Source: a virus (Duplodnaviria > Heunggongvirae > Uroviricota > Caudoviricetes). From it: a DNA stretch of 64,000 bases. The translations under genes were made by a program, and so were the position numbers. Each line of letters opens with the position of its first letter. The stretch's first letter is position 1. Of the stretch, positions 38,857 to 48,211 are shown one piece after another. Where the stretch lies: the IMG/VR virus record IMGVR_UViG_3300006149_000003. One strand, written 5' to 3'. Below the pieces are notes generated by a model that was not told where the DNA came from, searched no databases, and was given only the letters and a program-made list of their open reading frames with translations.

Positions 38857-38930
38857 ACCTTGATTTTGTTCGTTATTATAAAAAGTTGTGGATGGAGGCT
38901 TTTGAGTAGAGTCCTCCAAGAACCACGCCC

Positions 38931-38968
38931 CTATTCTTATTACAGAGGCAATTCAAATCTTGCTAACC
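38931..38968 (-). promoter_or_regulatory. promoter-like module copy 1 (minus-strand consensus GGTTAGCAAA-N13-15-CTGTAATAAGAATAG)
   Basis: Plus CTATTCTTATTACAG-N14-CTTGCTAACC; precedes the MTase-helicase gene. Confidence 0.6.
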
Positions 38969-38982
38969 ATGAAAGAGTAATT

Positions 38983-39258
38983 TTATTCGTCCTGATACAT
39001 TCCGCGTTCTTTATATAACTTGTTGCACTCACGGAAGTGGATGATATAGAGAATACTAATTTTATCCCCGACTTCAAGCTCAGGGAAGAATTTGGAGTCC
39101 AACTCGCATGAGGTTTTAACATTCATCATCCTAACGTGAGGAACACTTATCCTGCCTCCACATTTATCAACTGCATATTTTTCAATACAGTCAAAACCAA
39201 GTGTATTGGCAGCTTCCGCTGCCTTGACAGACTTTTCAGAAAACTCTTTAAGTTTCAC
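38983..39258 (-). CDS. hypothetical protein
   Basis: 91 aa; module/terminator bounded cassette. Confidence 0.4.
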   Translation of the reverse strand: MKLKEFSEKSVKAAEAANTLGFDCIEKYAVDKCGGRISVPHVRMMNVKTSCELDSKFFPELEVGDKISILYIIHFRECNKLYKERGMYQDE

Positions 39259-39296
39259 GCTAACACCTCCATAAAAGGACTGTTTTGTCTGTCTTT

Positions 39297-39572
39297 TCAG
39301 GCATCATCTCGGCATAATTTCCAATATGCCTCAAAATCGTCACCCTCCTCGTTCTCCCAAGAATCTCCTACCTGCCCATTGCGATATTGGCACACATCGA
39401 ACATATTGTAATCCACATCGTCGTTAAGTAAATCACTGTCTGCGATAGCGTCCGCAAGACGCACGGCCTGGTCAATATCCTTAACAGGGAAAATAGTCTC
39501 ATGCCCGTTCCGGATATAGATAAGAGTAAGCTGAACATTCATATCAATACCTCCATTTTTAATACAAAGCAA
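39297..39572 (-). CDS. hypothetical acidic protein
   Basis: 91-aa cassette gene. Confidence 0.4.
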   Translation of the reverse strand: MLCIKNGGIDMNVQLTLIYIRNGHETIFPVKDIDQAVRLADAIADSDLLNDDVDYNMFDVCQYRNGQVGDSWENEEGDDFEAYWKLCRDDA

Positions 39573-39590
39573 AGCGGAACTTTGCTAACC
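39553..39590 (-). promoter_or_regulatory. promoter-like module copy 2 (variant)
   Basis: CCATTTTTAATACAAAG-N11-TTTGCTAACC. Confidence 0.45.
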
Positions 39591-40457
39591 AATCTCACTG
39601 GTATATTTTTGAGTGACCTTTGCAACTGCCTCTAAAAAGCGCTCCCACTCCAGATTATACTCTTCAGTGGCCCAATGGTGATACTGCCGAATCATAGGCC
39701 AGACCGTAGTAGCAACTTGGGTGCTGTTCAGATGCTTTACCAACTGAACAAAATTAGTGATCTGCAACCACGCTCTATTCCTTATTACAATAGCACCCCA
39801 AGAATCCGCATAGATGAACTTTTCCGGTCTTAGAACGCCAAAATATTTCTTCATGTAGTACGACGTTGGCTTCCCAATATCATCCGCTGGTGGCCTCCAC
39901 ATCTGACTGAAATAGTCACTGTGGTTAATGTAAAGATCGTCACCACTTAAAAACAGTTGACACTGGCTTTTCCCATCGAAAGGAACAGATGCAAATTTCC
40001 GTATCCCTTTCAGTTCCTGCGGCTTTTGTACCTTCTTGCCAGAGCAAAGCACTGTATACTCCGATGTTGGGAAAATGAACTCTTTACAGAAGTTATCGGG
40101 AGTGGTCAATGTGAATGTGACCGGCACAACAAGCGCCCCGTTTTTCCATAGTTGGTACTTACAGAAGTCGTACCATACACCATCGCTGGCGTCCTGATGC
40201 AGCGTAGCAATGCACGTTCCAACCGATGTATTGAACCGTAGCACATGGACGATGGAACCTTTACGTTCCATCGTCTTGTGCTCATCCGCGCTGGCAAGCA
40301 TTTTGTTGATGTACTCTATATGGGATTGATCGTGACACTCGGAGATTTTGGCGTTCGGATAATGCTCCTGAGCCACCTCCATAGTGGGGTAATATAGCTT
40401 CAGAAACGTACCGTCTTCCGCCATAATTGTGAACCGTTTCAAAATAAACACCTCCAA
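39585..40457 (-). CDS. hypothetical protein
   Basis: 290 aa; annotated start is TTG, true start probably a few codons in. Confidence 0.4.
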   Translation of the reverse strand: MEVFILKRFTIMAEDGTFLKLYYPTMEVAQEHYPNAKISECHDQSHIEYINKMLASADEHKTMERKGSIVHVLRFNTSVGTCIATLHQDASDGVWYDFCKYQLWKNGALVVPVTFTLTTPDNFCKEFIFPTSEYTVLCSGKKVQKPQELKGIRKFASVPFDGKSQCQLFLSGDDLYINHSDYFSQMWRPPADDIGKPTSYYMKKYFGVLRPEKFIYADSWGAIVIRNRAWLQITNFVQLVKHLNSTQVATTVWPMIRQYHHWATEEYNLEWERFLEAVAKVTQKYTSEIG

Positions 40458-40500
40458 TTCTTATTCCTATTTACAGGCAGAAAACGGAGTTTGCTAACCT
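40457..40500 (-). promoter_or_regulatory. promoter-like module copy 3
   Basis: AATTCTTATTCCTATTTACAG-N14-TTTGCTAACC. Confidence 0.55.
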
Positions 40501-40853
40501 ATTTCCAGATAGAAAGTTCCTCGTCCAGAAAAATCCCAAGCGTTCCCTCCGTAATCCCATAGGTCTGATCTTTCATGCCTACCTCCGCATGGGTATGAGC
40601 AATCCGCAATCTGGTAGGCGGACGGTCGAATCCGAGGGAAGAATGGTATATCCCGTTAAGTCGGGCCAGTGCCTGAAGAAAATCTCCCATCCCAGCGACA
40701 TTTTTCAAGCTGTCCAGAATTTCCTCCCAGGTGTTTTCACAGTAGTCGCTTGATCCCATCCGTTCCAACTCGGTCTTGTCACCATTGATTTCCTCAGAGA
40801 CATAATATTTGCCACTTTGCGGGGAGTAAAAGTAAATCTGCCGTCGTGTCATG
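40499..40853 (-). CDS. hypothetical protein
   Basis: Start MTRRQIYFY with GGAGG SD; the longer ORF-track version overlaps the upstream gene. Confidence 0.4.
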
Positions 40854-40865
40854 ATAAAACCTCCA

Positions 40866-41414
40866 TTATTGCCGAATCGAAAGTAGGAACCCAATCCTAT
40901 CTGGGTTATGCTCCATCCAGTCCTTTGGGTACACGAACAGAGAGGGAAACTTGCTAAACTGAACGCTATACCCAATGTAAACCAAGGCGTTCGTGCCCAC
41001 AGCCTCCACGACATTTACCAGATACCAAGGATTGTAGTATCCAGTCACGGCACGTCCATCCTCCATACGGGCGGTGATCTCCACCGGCGTTGCGCCGGTC
41101 TTGCTGTCCTTGCCCTGTTTCCACGGCTTTACCAGAGCTTTCCATTCTTTGATTTTTTCCACAGTAGCGGTACAGGCCAGCACAGAATCTCCACGCTTGA
41201 CCTCCCGCTCCACCATCTCATAAATCTTCCGCATCTCCTCGCCCTCCGGCAACCCATCCGGCTTTTCGGCAAGCAGCACTGCCGAGATCCCATCGGTAAC
41301 GATCCACTTATCCCATGCGGCATGAATGCCGGGTTTTACTGCCGACTTTCGCTCCTCAAGGCGTGCATTTTCATTGGCAATAATATTGCTCAGTGCCGCA
41401 ATTTGCTTCTTTGT
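40866..41414 (-). CDS. hypothetical protein
   Basis: Start MTKKQ with AGGAGGAG SD; the 3' end contains a degenerate module copy. Confidence 0.4.
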   Translation of the reverse strand, partial: TKKQIAALSNIIANENARLEERKSAVKPGIHAAWDKWIVTDGISAVLLAEKPDGLPEGEEMRKIYEMVEREVKRGDSVLACTATVEKIKEWKALVKPWKQGKDSKTGATPVEITARMEDGRAVTGYYNPWYLVNVVEAVGTNALVYIGYSVQFSKFPSLFVYPKDWMEHNPDRIGFLLSIRQ

Positions 41415-42367
41415 CATACAGATCTCCTCCTCATGCACTGCTCCACAAACTCCTGGACATAGGCGGCGCTTCTGAATTTGATATCTACACGACCATTTTT
41501 GAACAGTTTGATAAATTTGACCTTGCTCATATTACAAGTGTCGAACTCATTTACCTTGGTCGTGTATTTGCACAACTCAGGAAACCACAGCGCGGCTTCA
41601 CCCATGCGTCCACACTGATACCACGCCAACGCATCCAGTAAGGTATGAAGATTCTCGTTCGGCTTCCACTCCGGCCCCCAGCTCCACTGGTCATCACAGT
41701 AACACCAACCACTGGTCAGCCGAAGCGTGTCGTTCTTGATTTCAAACTTTTCTTTCCCGTCCCAGTTCTGGTGACAGCAATTCCATGTGCGCTCCAGGAA
41801 CTCGTTCATAGCCTGCTCCTGGAAAGAGAAACCTCCCAGCTGGACGAAAATCTCATCCACGATCTGTTCATAACGAAGGGGGAGCGTTCTCATAGCCTCG
41901 CTATACTTGCTTTCTTCCTGATGGTAGATCTCCATCTGTTCCTTAAACTGGTCGATTTGCTCATCACTCATCTCACGATATCCACCCCAAGGCAGCTGCG
42001 GTTCTTTTGGTGGGGTAGGGATAAGATGTTCCAGAATTATTGAGCTATCCAGCTCCACGGTATATTTCCGGCTAAAGTAGTCCACGATTGCCTTAATAAA
42101 TCGCTTATTTCGTTTTTGCATCATCTCGTAGATGTGCTCATCATCACACTTAAAGCTGTTACAAGTGATGTATGTTCCATAACTATCGTTCCCAAGGATC
42201 TGCCGCTGCTCATATCTCGTGTCGGATATGACATTCGCAATTTTTTGGAGTGCCGGCCCAGATTTGTCAAACGCATCCTGGTGTCGCAGACAAAACGCCT
42301 TGTCCTCCTCAGAAATTCTGTTATCCGCCTTGATCTCCACGGACGCGAACTTATTAAGCAGACTCAT
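41414..42367 (-). CDS. hypothetical protein
   Basis: 317 aa. Confidence 0.4.
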   Translation of the reverse strand: MSLLNKFASVEIKADNRISEEDKAFCLRHQDAFDKSGPALQKIANVISDTRYEQRQILGNDSYGTYITCNSFKCDDEHIYEMMQKRNKRFIKAIVDYFSRKYTVELDSSIILEHLIPTPPKEPQLPWGGYREMSDEQIDQFKEQMEIYHQEESKYSEAMRTLPLRYEQIVDEIFVQLGGFSFQEQAMNEFLERTWNCCHQNWDGKEKFEIKNDTLRLTSGWCYCDDQWSWGPEWKPNENLHTLLDALAWYQCGRMGEAALWFPELCKYTTKVNEFDTCNMSKVKFIKLFKNGRVDIKFRSAAYVQEFVEQCMRRRSV

Positions 42368-43064
42368 CTAAATTCTCCTCACTTTCAATGTTTTGTACTC
42401 CACTTAACACCTTGTCCAGATTAGCGGAGGTAATGGTGTTAAAAAGCTCCTCCAGAATGCGCGGCGTATATGTCCGTGTTTCCAAATGCTCATGGTATTT
42501 TGTCATCTCATTCTGCAGGTTCATCAAACTGGATACCGTGCCAGAACGATGAATAGTTCCAAGCATATCGCAGACATCCTTGCACTGACGGCGGCGCTGA
42601 CGAATTTCCTGCAATGCCTTGTAGAGTTTGAACCCGTCCACTACATTGGCGTTAGTGAACTCGATCTTGTGAAGCATATCCTCCTGCGCTTTGTCCGCTA
42701 CACGGACTTGATCTGAATAGTAGGAGAGAAGTACCCGCATAATGCGTCCTGTTTCGTACATCTGTCCGATCATATCGGGTAGCGTATCCAGATACACATT
42801 GGCCTGTTCCTCGGTAATTTCAGCCCTAAGAGTACCTGAACTATCGAAAGGCATATGTGCTGTATCACAAGGAAGAATCTCCACCTCCGACTTTCTGATC
42901 TGCCCCTTGACCGCATTATTGAAATTCATACGCATGAAGTTATCCACTTTCTGTCGGTCGCTAAAACGATGAGCTTTATCCAGATCAACCCACACAGCCT
43001 CATTCCGTAGCTTTACAAGACTGAGATATTTCCCAGACTCGCAGTGTCGAATTACATATTCCAA
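42354..43064 (-). CDS. hypothetical protein
   Basis: 236 aa. Confidence 0.4.
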   Translation of the reverse strand: MEYVIRHCESGKYLSLVKLRNEAVWVDLDKAHRFSDRQKVDNFMRMNFNNAVKGQIRKSEVEILPCDTAHMPFDSSGTLRAEITEEQANVYLDTLPDMIGQMYETGRIMRVLLSYYSDQVRVADKAQEDMLHKIEFTNANVVDGFKLYKALQEIRQRRRQCKDVCDMLGTIHRSGTVSSLMNLQNEMTKYHEHLETRTYTPRILEELFNTITSANLDKVLSGVQNIESEENLDESA

Positions 43065-43072
43065 TAGAACTC

Positions 43073-43186
43073 ACTCCTCCTTGTAGCGTCGCACCACCAT
43101 ATCGGCGTACCTGTTAGCCTCTTTTTCTTGGAAAGCCTCGCAAATCAGTTTGACTGCCGTGATAATCACGCCTATCAGAATCTCCA
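43073..43186 (-). CDS. tiny hydrophobic peptide (about 37 aa), not in ORF track
   Basis: AACAAAATCAAGGAGG leader then ATG: MEILIGVIITAVKLICEAFQEKEANRYADMVVRRYKEE. Confidence 0.3.
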
Positions 43187-43255
43187 TATCGCCGCCTCCT
43201 TGATTTTGTTTGTCGCTATGATAAGGCTTGTTAGGTGCTTCGTGCTTACGGCACC

Positions 43256-43293
43256 CATTCTATATAACTGAATGAAACCATTGTTTGCTAACC
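43256..43293 (-). promoter_or_regulatory. promoter-like module copy 4
   Basis: CATTCTATATAACTG-N13-TTTGCTAACC. Confidence 0.5.
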
Positions 43294-43297
43294 TTTG

Positions 43298-43540
43298 CTA
43301 CTTTACGGTTTGTACATCTGGCATTTCCATCAGACCAATTACAACACTGTGCAAAAAGTTTTTAATTTTCGGTTCTTCCGATAAAGGAAGCAAGAAACTC
43401 TTTTCCCGTGCCGGTGGCCTGGAAAGTGACGCGCCAGGATGGTAATACTCAATGTGGAGATAGATGTTCTTCCCGTCAATCCAGTCAAATGCACGGACTT
43501 TGTATCCTCCCGCCATCCAAGTATTGATTTCTGTCATATG
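43298..43540 (-). CDS. hypothetical protein
   Basis: Start MTEINTW with GGAGGAG SD. Confidence 0.4.
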   Translation of the reverse strand, partial: HMTEINTWMAGGYKVRAFDWIDGKNIYLHIEYYHPGASLSRPPAREKSFLLPLSEEPKIKNFLHSVVIGLMEMPDVQTVK

Positions 43541-43550
43541 ACCACTCCTC

Positions 43551-43588
43551 CCATTACTATTACAGAAAAAGGGGAGAGGTCTGCTAAC
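43551..43588 (-). promoter_or_regulatory. promoter-like module copy 5
   Basis: CATTACTATTACAG-N15-CTGCTAACC. Confidence 0.55.
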
Positions 43589-43607
43589 CTCTCCCCAAAA
43601 CTTTTTG

Positions 43608-43847
43608 TTAGTCGTACTTGAAGTTCTCACGTCCGATATACTCACCATTCGCATAGTCCTCATCGACATAGCCGGAGTACCAGACCAGCTCACCGTGCTG
43701 CTCCGTCAGCTCGCCCAGCTTTTCCATGCAGTCGCTCTCATCGTTACTGCCGACTGTTACCTCGAAGTCATCCACGAACCGCCCACACATTCTGAACGGC
43801 TCCAGGATTGCGCTCTTGATGTCGGAAATGGTGTTATAATAAATCAT
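43608..43847 (-). CDS. hypothetical protein
   Basis: Start MIYYNT with AGGAGG SD. Confidence 0.4.
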   Translation of the reverse strand: MIYYNTISDIKSAILEPFRMCGRFVDDFEVTVGSNDESDCMEKLGELTEQHGELVWYSGYVDEDYANGEYIGRENFKYD

Positions 43848-43860
43848 CAGTTGTATCCTC

Positions 43861-44079
43861 CTAAATTTCACTTCTGTAAACAGTGAAGTCGTAGCTGTTG
43901 TCCGTCACCTCCTCCACCCACAACTGGCAGGTGGCGTCGTTGCCGTACTTATCCCAGGCGGTGTGCTCCGCTTCCTCCTGGCTGTCGGCCAACACCACAC
44001 CGCAACGTTTCCCGATATGCTCATCGGTACGGCGGTGGCACACAGTCATACAGAAGAAGAAAATCTTTTTACCGCTCAT
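43861..44079 (-). CDS. hypothetical protein
   Basis: 72 aa. Confidence 0.35.
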   Translation of the reverse strand: MSGKKIFFFCMTVCHRRTDEHIGKRCGVVLADSQEEAEHTAWDKYGNDATCQLWVEEVTDNSYDFTVYRSEI

Positions 44080-44161
44080 TCTGCCGTCCTTCCTCCCCGT
44101 ATAGCCGATAGGACAGCCTCATTGTATCAAACATCCAACTCATTTGCAAGGGTGCAGGCTC

Positions 44162-44199
44162 CTATTATATTTACGAATCGTTCTAAAATCTTGCTAACC
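44162..44199 (-). promoter_or_regulatory. promoter-like module copy 6
   Basis: CTATTATATTTACG-N15-TTGCTAACC. Confidence 0.55.
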
Positions 44200-44208
44200 A
44201 AAAATTAC

Positions 44209-44237
44209 AGGCGAGGTGGAGAAAATCTGCCTCGCCT
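44209..44237 (-). terminator. intrinsic terminator of the DUF932 gene
   Basis: AGGCGAGG-loop-CCTCGCCT hairpin followed on the minus strand by a T-run. Confidence 0.6.
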
Positions 44238-44245
44238 GTTTTATT

Positions 44246-45181
44246 TTACTTTGTGCCCACCCCTGCCAACAGAGAGGCCATCTTGTCCATCATAGCGTGA
44301 CCATCCATGATACGGCCCCAGTTGTTCTCCCGATAGTTGGCCGTCTGGCGGCGCGGTGCGTTGTGGCTGACCATATCGCTCATGGCATTCAGTGCTCCCC
44401 ATGCAGTCCCCATGAACTTGGCGATGTCAGGAGCGAAGTAGCAGACCATGTACTCGTCCTTGACCTTTTTGGCGTTCCGCTTCTCGCGGTCGCTCATATC
44501 TTCCGTCACGGGGAACATCTCGTCCAGAATGGCCTTGATCCGCTCGTCGGTGACGGTGGTGTTCGCCATCTGATCGGCATACTCACCCAGCCCGTCCATG
44601 TACTTATTCGCCATGTCCAAACAGACTCGCGCCTCATGGAGCTTGGCCTGAATGTCACCAGTGTGACGGACAGCCCAAGCGCGTTTCGCACTGTTCAGCG
44701 CGAAGTTGAGTGTGTTGTTGCAGACCACCCGAATAGGTGTCATACAGACCCTAATAGCGCCGCTCCCGTCATGGGTGTTGGTGAAGCACAGGTAAGGCTC
44801 CGTCTTGTCTCCCACAATCTCCGTCTCCGGCAGCTTCGCCAGCAGCCAGATCTTCTTGCCACCCTGCAAACTGCCCGCCGTCTCGTAGTGAACCTCACCG
44901 TCAATCAGGGAGTCCGTAAAGGCGAATGCCTCCGCATTCTGAACAATACGATAGCGGTCGGTCACGACACCCAGCACAGCGCCGTCACTGCTCCGCACAT
45001 TGGCCTTGTAGTTGACGATCTTCGCCCCACCACAGACCTGGATGTTCTTCTTGTCCACAGTCCAGTCCAGACCAGCCAGCCGCAGAGCGTCGGCGCTGGT
45101 GGGCGCTTCCTCAACCATCGTGCCCAGACCGTGCCAGGGCTTCTCACGAACGTACATCATAGTTTCAACATTAGCTGCCAT
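44246..45181 (-). CDS. DUF932 / TIGR03299-type phage/plasmid-related protein
   Basis: KPWHGLG, LLAKLP, FTNTHDGSGA, RVVCNNTL family hallmarks. Confidence 0.6.
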   Translation of the reverse strand: MAANVETMMYVREKPWHGLGTMVEEAPTSADALRLAGLDWTVDKKNIQVCGGAKIVNYKANVRSSDGAVLGVVTDRYRIVQNAEAFAFTDSLIDGEVHYETAGSLQGGKKIWLLAKLPETEIVGDKTEPYLCFTNTHDGSGAIRVCMTPIRVVCNNTLNFALNSAKRAWAVRHTGDIQAKLHEARVCLDMANKYMDGLGEYADQMANTTVTDERIKAILDEMFPVTEDMSDREKRNAKKVKDEYMVCYFAPDIAKFMGTAWGALNAMSDMVSHNAPRRQTANYRENNWGRIMDGHAMMDKMASLLAGVGTK

Positions 45182-45221
45182 TTTGCAAACCTCCTAAATT
45201 TTGTAGTGTGGTGAACAGGTA

Positions 45222-45258
45222 CATTCTTATAGCAGTCAGAAAATCAGTTTTGCTAACC
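45222..45258 (-). promoter_or_regulatory. promoter-like module copy 7
   Basis: CATTCTTATAGCAG-N13-TTTGCTAACC. Confidence 0.55.
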
Positions 45259-45283
45259 ACAAAGAAAAATTTACTCCTCCAAT

Positions 45284-45700
45284 TTATTTGTTGCTCTCGT
45301 ATACTGCCAGCACTTTCGGAAACAACTCCTGACGCCACTTGTAGAAATCTTCCACCAGGGCAAGCGCATCCTCCCTGCACAGCTCCAAAAACTCGTTGTT
45401 AATTCCGGCCTCACTGTCATCATTGCGTACTGCTTGGATGTACAGCTCCAGATTGTCCACATCCTCACAGAAGCGGCGCTCATTGCACAGCTTGCATACC
45501 TCATCCAGTGTCCAGCCGTTTTCCTTGCAGGCCAGCCAGTCATCCTCGGTGAAATCCATCACAGATCCCACGCTCCCGTGGTAGTCCTGAATTGCCCAGG
45601 GTAGCCCCTCATCGGTGTACCGCCAATCCAGCCTGCCATAGCGCTTGGTATACTCGGCCTTGGTATCTTCAATCTTCTTGCGCAGCGTGTTCTTCTCCAT
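45284..45700 (-). CDS. hypothetical protein
   Basis: 138 aa, GGAGG SD. Confidence 0.4.
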   Translation of the reverse strand: MEKNTLRKKIEDTKAEYTKRYGRLDWRYTDEGLPWAIQDYHGSVGSVMDFTEDDWLACKENGWTLDEVCKLCNERRFCEDVDNLELYIQAVRNDDSEAGINNEFLELCREDALALVEDFYKWRQELFPKVLAVYESNK

Positions 45701-45735
45701 GGTTGAACCTCCTTTTGCAGTAGGCTTGCCGCCTC

Positions 45736-45773
45736 CTATTCTTTTGACAGCAAAAATGTGTCGTTTGCTAACC
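45736..45773 (-). promoter_or_regulatory. promoter-like module copy 8
   Basis: CTATTCTTTTGACAG-N13-TTTGCTAACC. Confidence 0.55.
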
Positions 45774-45784
45774 GTTCAGAAAAA

Positions 45785-46291
45785 TTATTCTGTCCAGCAA
45801 TTTTCTACACAGAAAGAAAACCGTGTACAGCTACCGCCAACTGTACTAACCACCATCCGATCTGCCTTGTTCATAATGGCGGTCAGCATAGCCGTCTCAT
45901 CCTTGTTAAACGCAGCTACACTACTCACATCCAAAAAGAGAATAGCGTTCTTTTCGTACTGGTTGGGCTTAATCTCTTCCAGCTTTCGCACATCACCACA
46001 GCGTTGAAGAAACTTGGTCAGCCCCGCCTTGATCTCCTGGAACAGCCGCAGCTTGTCAAAATCAGCCCGCTTTCCATTGAAATTTTCGTTTCGCTGATAC
46101 ATCGCCTCAATCTCCTCTGGGGAGTAGGCCAGCGTTCTCCGCAGTTCCGTTACACCAATACGATCTAACGCCTCATCCTCGGCACAGTTGAGTTGATGCG
46201 CCACATCAGCGGTAGAAATCTCTCCGGCCAGATAGCCCAGCCGGAGAGAGTCAATGTCAACACGTTTCTGCAAATCCCATTTCTTTTTCAC
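45785..46291 (-). CDS. hypothetical protein
   Basis: 168 aa. Confidence 0.4.
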   Translation of the reverse strand: MKKKWDLQKRVDIDSLRLGYLAGEISTADVAHQLNCAEDEALDRIGVTELRRTLAYSPEEIEAMYQRNENFNGKRADFDKLRLFQEIKAGLTKFLQRCGDVRKLEEIKPNQYEKNAILFLDVSSVAAFNKDETAMLTAIMNKADRMVVSTVGGSCTRFSFCVENCWTE

Positions 46292-46470
46292 TGCGTCTTC
46301 CTCCTCATATCCATGTACTCTTTATAGCTCACTCCCATGAGGTCAGCGGCAGCGTGGAGCGCCGTTTTCTTGTCGGCCAGCGGGCCGGCGGCTACCTTGG
46401 GAGACTCGACTTTATGGGGATACCAGCGAGAGCTACCCTTCTGTTTGGACACATCATAGGTAATCTGCAT
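46288..46470 (-). CDS. hypothetical small protein
   Basis: 60 aa, translationally coupled. Confidence 0.3.
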   Translation of the reverse strand: MQITYDVSKQKGSSRWYPHKVESPKVAAGPLADKKTALHAAADLMGVSYKEYMDMRRKTQ

Positions 46471-46480
46471 TTTACACTCC

Positions 46481-46780
46481 TTAATTCCGATGAAGCTCCG
46501 TCAGAGCCTCGTTATATTTTCCGGCCCGAAGCAAAGCACATTCTTTGTGAAAATTGCAGTCGGTCAGCCGATACTCCACCTGTTCCATTTTCCTAATGTC
46601 TCCACACTTATAGGCTTGCCGGTGCTCAGAGAACAGCCGCTCCGCAGTTGCATATGAGATACCCCAGTTGTTACGGGCGTTCAGTCGGTCAATGCGTAAC
46701 ACATCGCCCACCGTCAGCGCCTTATAAGCGCCACTCCAGATCTCATTCTTATCCCGTTCCATGTTGTTCCTCCTCACCAA
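46481..46780 (-). CDS. hypothetical protein
   Basis: 99 aa. Confidence 0.35.
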   Translation of the reverse strand: MVRRNNMERDKNEIWSGAYKALTVGDVLRIDRLNARNNWGISYATAERLFSEHRQAYKCGDIRKMEQVEYRLTDCNFHKECALLRAGKYNEALTELHRN

Positions 46781-47211
46781 ACATTCCGCCAGCCGGGAGA
46801 CTTGACCAGCTCCTCCAGCTCCACCTCTTTCTTGTCGGCCTCGTCCTGCTCACCATCGTCAGGAAAGTCGGACACGTCCAGATCGTACACCTCGACGCTC
46901 ACATCGGCGTTGGCGTGAACCTCCTCCACCAAGCCGCCCTTAACCCGCACAGCTATCTGCACATCCAGCTCCTGTTCCTCAATTCGCCAACTCTCCACGT
47001 CGCTGTCATCACGGATAACCGCCGTGCTCTCACAGCACTCGCACTCATCCTCATCCTTGTGCTCTTTTGCGTCGTATTCCCACGCCTTGACTGTGCTCTC
47101 CCAGCTCTCCCGCATTGCGTTCTGCGCAGACAGCTTATCAGTGAACGACCGTACATCGCAGCCCCAAGCGGCGTCGGTATCCTGCTCGTGAATCAGATTG
47201 TAGATTTTCAT
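46774..47211 (-). CDS. hypothetical acidic protein
   Basis: 145 aa, D/E-rich. Confidence 0.35.
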   Translation of the reverse strand: MKIYNLIHEQDTDAAWGCDVRSFTDKLSAQNAMRESWESTVKAWEYDAKEHKDEDECECCESTAVIRDDSDVESWRIEEQELDVQIAVRVKGGLVEEVHANADVSVEVYDLDVSDFPDDGEQDEADKKEVELEELVKSPGWRNVW

Positions 47212-47241
47212 TGTGTAGCCTCCTCATAATTTTTAGTGCCT

Positions 47242-47279
47242 CTATTCTATTTACAGGGGATAAACAGGAATTGCTAACC
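47242..47279 (-). promoter_or_regulatory. promoter-like module copy 9
   Basis: CTATTCTATTTACAG-N14-TTGCTAACC. Confidence 0.6.
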
Positions 47280-47325
47280 ATTGAAATAAAAAAAGCCCAC
47301 CGATTTTTCGGTGGGCTTTGCAGTG

Positions 47326-47865
47326 TCAGGATACGGCGGCGTACAGGCGGGCACGGGGATTGGAGATGGGCTGAAAAATTGCCTCACCATTGGAAAACCG
47401 TGCGATACAGACCACTTCCTGAAATCCCCAGCGTTTTCCCAGCTCAGTCAGCTTCCGGTTAATCTTCCGCTTTTCAGCCTCATACTTCCGATACGCTACA
47501 CTTCGGCAGCAATCAAAGTAGTAGTGGCACTCGTCGTTGTCGTAGTCATACTCGTCCAGGTCGTGCTCGGTTTCCACATAGAACTGAACCCCAGAGTAGT
47601 ACCCGCTCCGCAGGCTGATTTTATGGAACATCAAATCATAGTTGAGATCGTCCAGCTCACGCTCAATCTCACGCCGGTCACACTCCCATGCCACCTCGTC
47701 GGAGAAGTAGTAATCTTCCAGTTCCTCACAGCCGCAGAGGTCGCAAGCAGTAGCATCTGCATCCATGATAGCGCCGCACTCAGGGCAGCGCTTGGCCTCA
47801 TCTTGATCTTCCCTCACAAACAGGGAGAAGTTATCCATTGTACGGTAGTTAGCAGTGCTCATCAC
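47326..47865 (-). CDS. zinc-ribbon protein
   Basis: CPECGAIMDADATACDLCGC. Confidence 0.4.
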   Translation of the reverse strand: MMSTANYRTMDNFSLFVREDQDEAKRCPECGAIMDADATACDLCGCEELEDYYFSDEVAWECDRREIERELDDLNYDLMFHKISLRSGYYSGVQFYVETEHDLDEYDYDNDECHYYFDCCRSVAYRKYEAEKRKINRKLTELGKRWGFQEVVCIARFSNGEAIFQPISNPRARLYAAVS

Positions 47866-47900
47866 TCATACCTCCTAATTATTTTTCGTGGTACTCTCCA

Positions 47901-47937
47901 CATTCTTATTACAGAGGGAAAATACGATTTGCTAACC
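47901..47937 (-). promoter_or_regulatory. promoter-like module copy 10
   Basis: CATTCTTATTACAG-N13-TTTGCTAACC. Confidence 0.6.
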
Positions 47938-47992
47938 ATTTAGAAAAAACTATAAAAAACGGGAAAGCTACATCAGCAGCTTTCCCGTCCAT

Positions 47993-48199
47993 TCAGAAAT
48001 TCAAGTCCACATTGCCTGTCCGCTTCTGATGACGATACCAGTTGAGCATCATCACAAAATCCCCAGGCGTGATGGTGTACTCGTCCTCACAGTCAGTATA
48101 ATCGTCATGGGGTGCTCCCCAGGCGGTGACTTTCACCGGGCCGTCTGGCTCGGCCTGCTCCAACTCGATCTTCCGTCCATTGTTCACAAAAAATTCCAT
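47993..48199 (-). CDS. hypothetical protein
   Basis: 68 aa. Confidence 0.35.
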   Translation of the reverse strand: MEFFVNNGRKIELEQAEPDGPVKVTAWGAPHDDYTDCEDEYTITPGDFVMMLNWYRHQKRTGNVDLNF

Positions 48200-48211
48200 G
48201 TTGCCCTCCCG

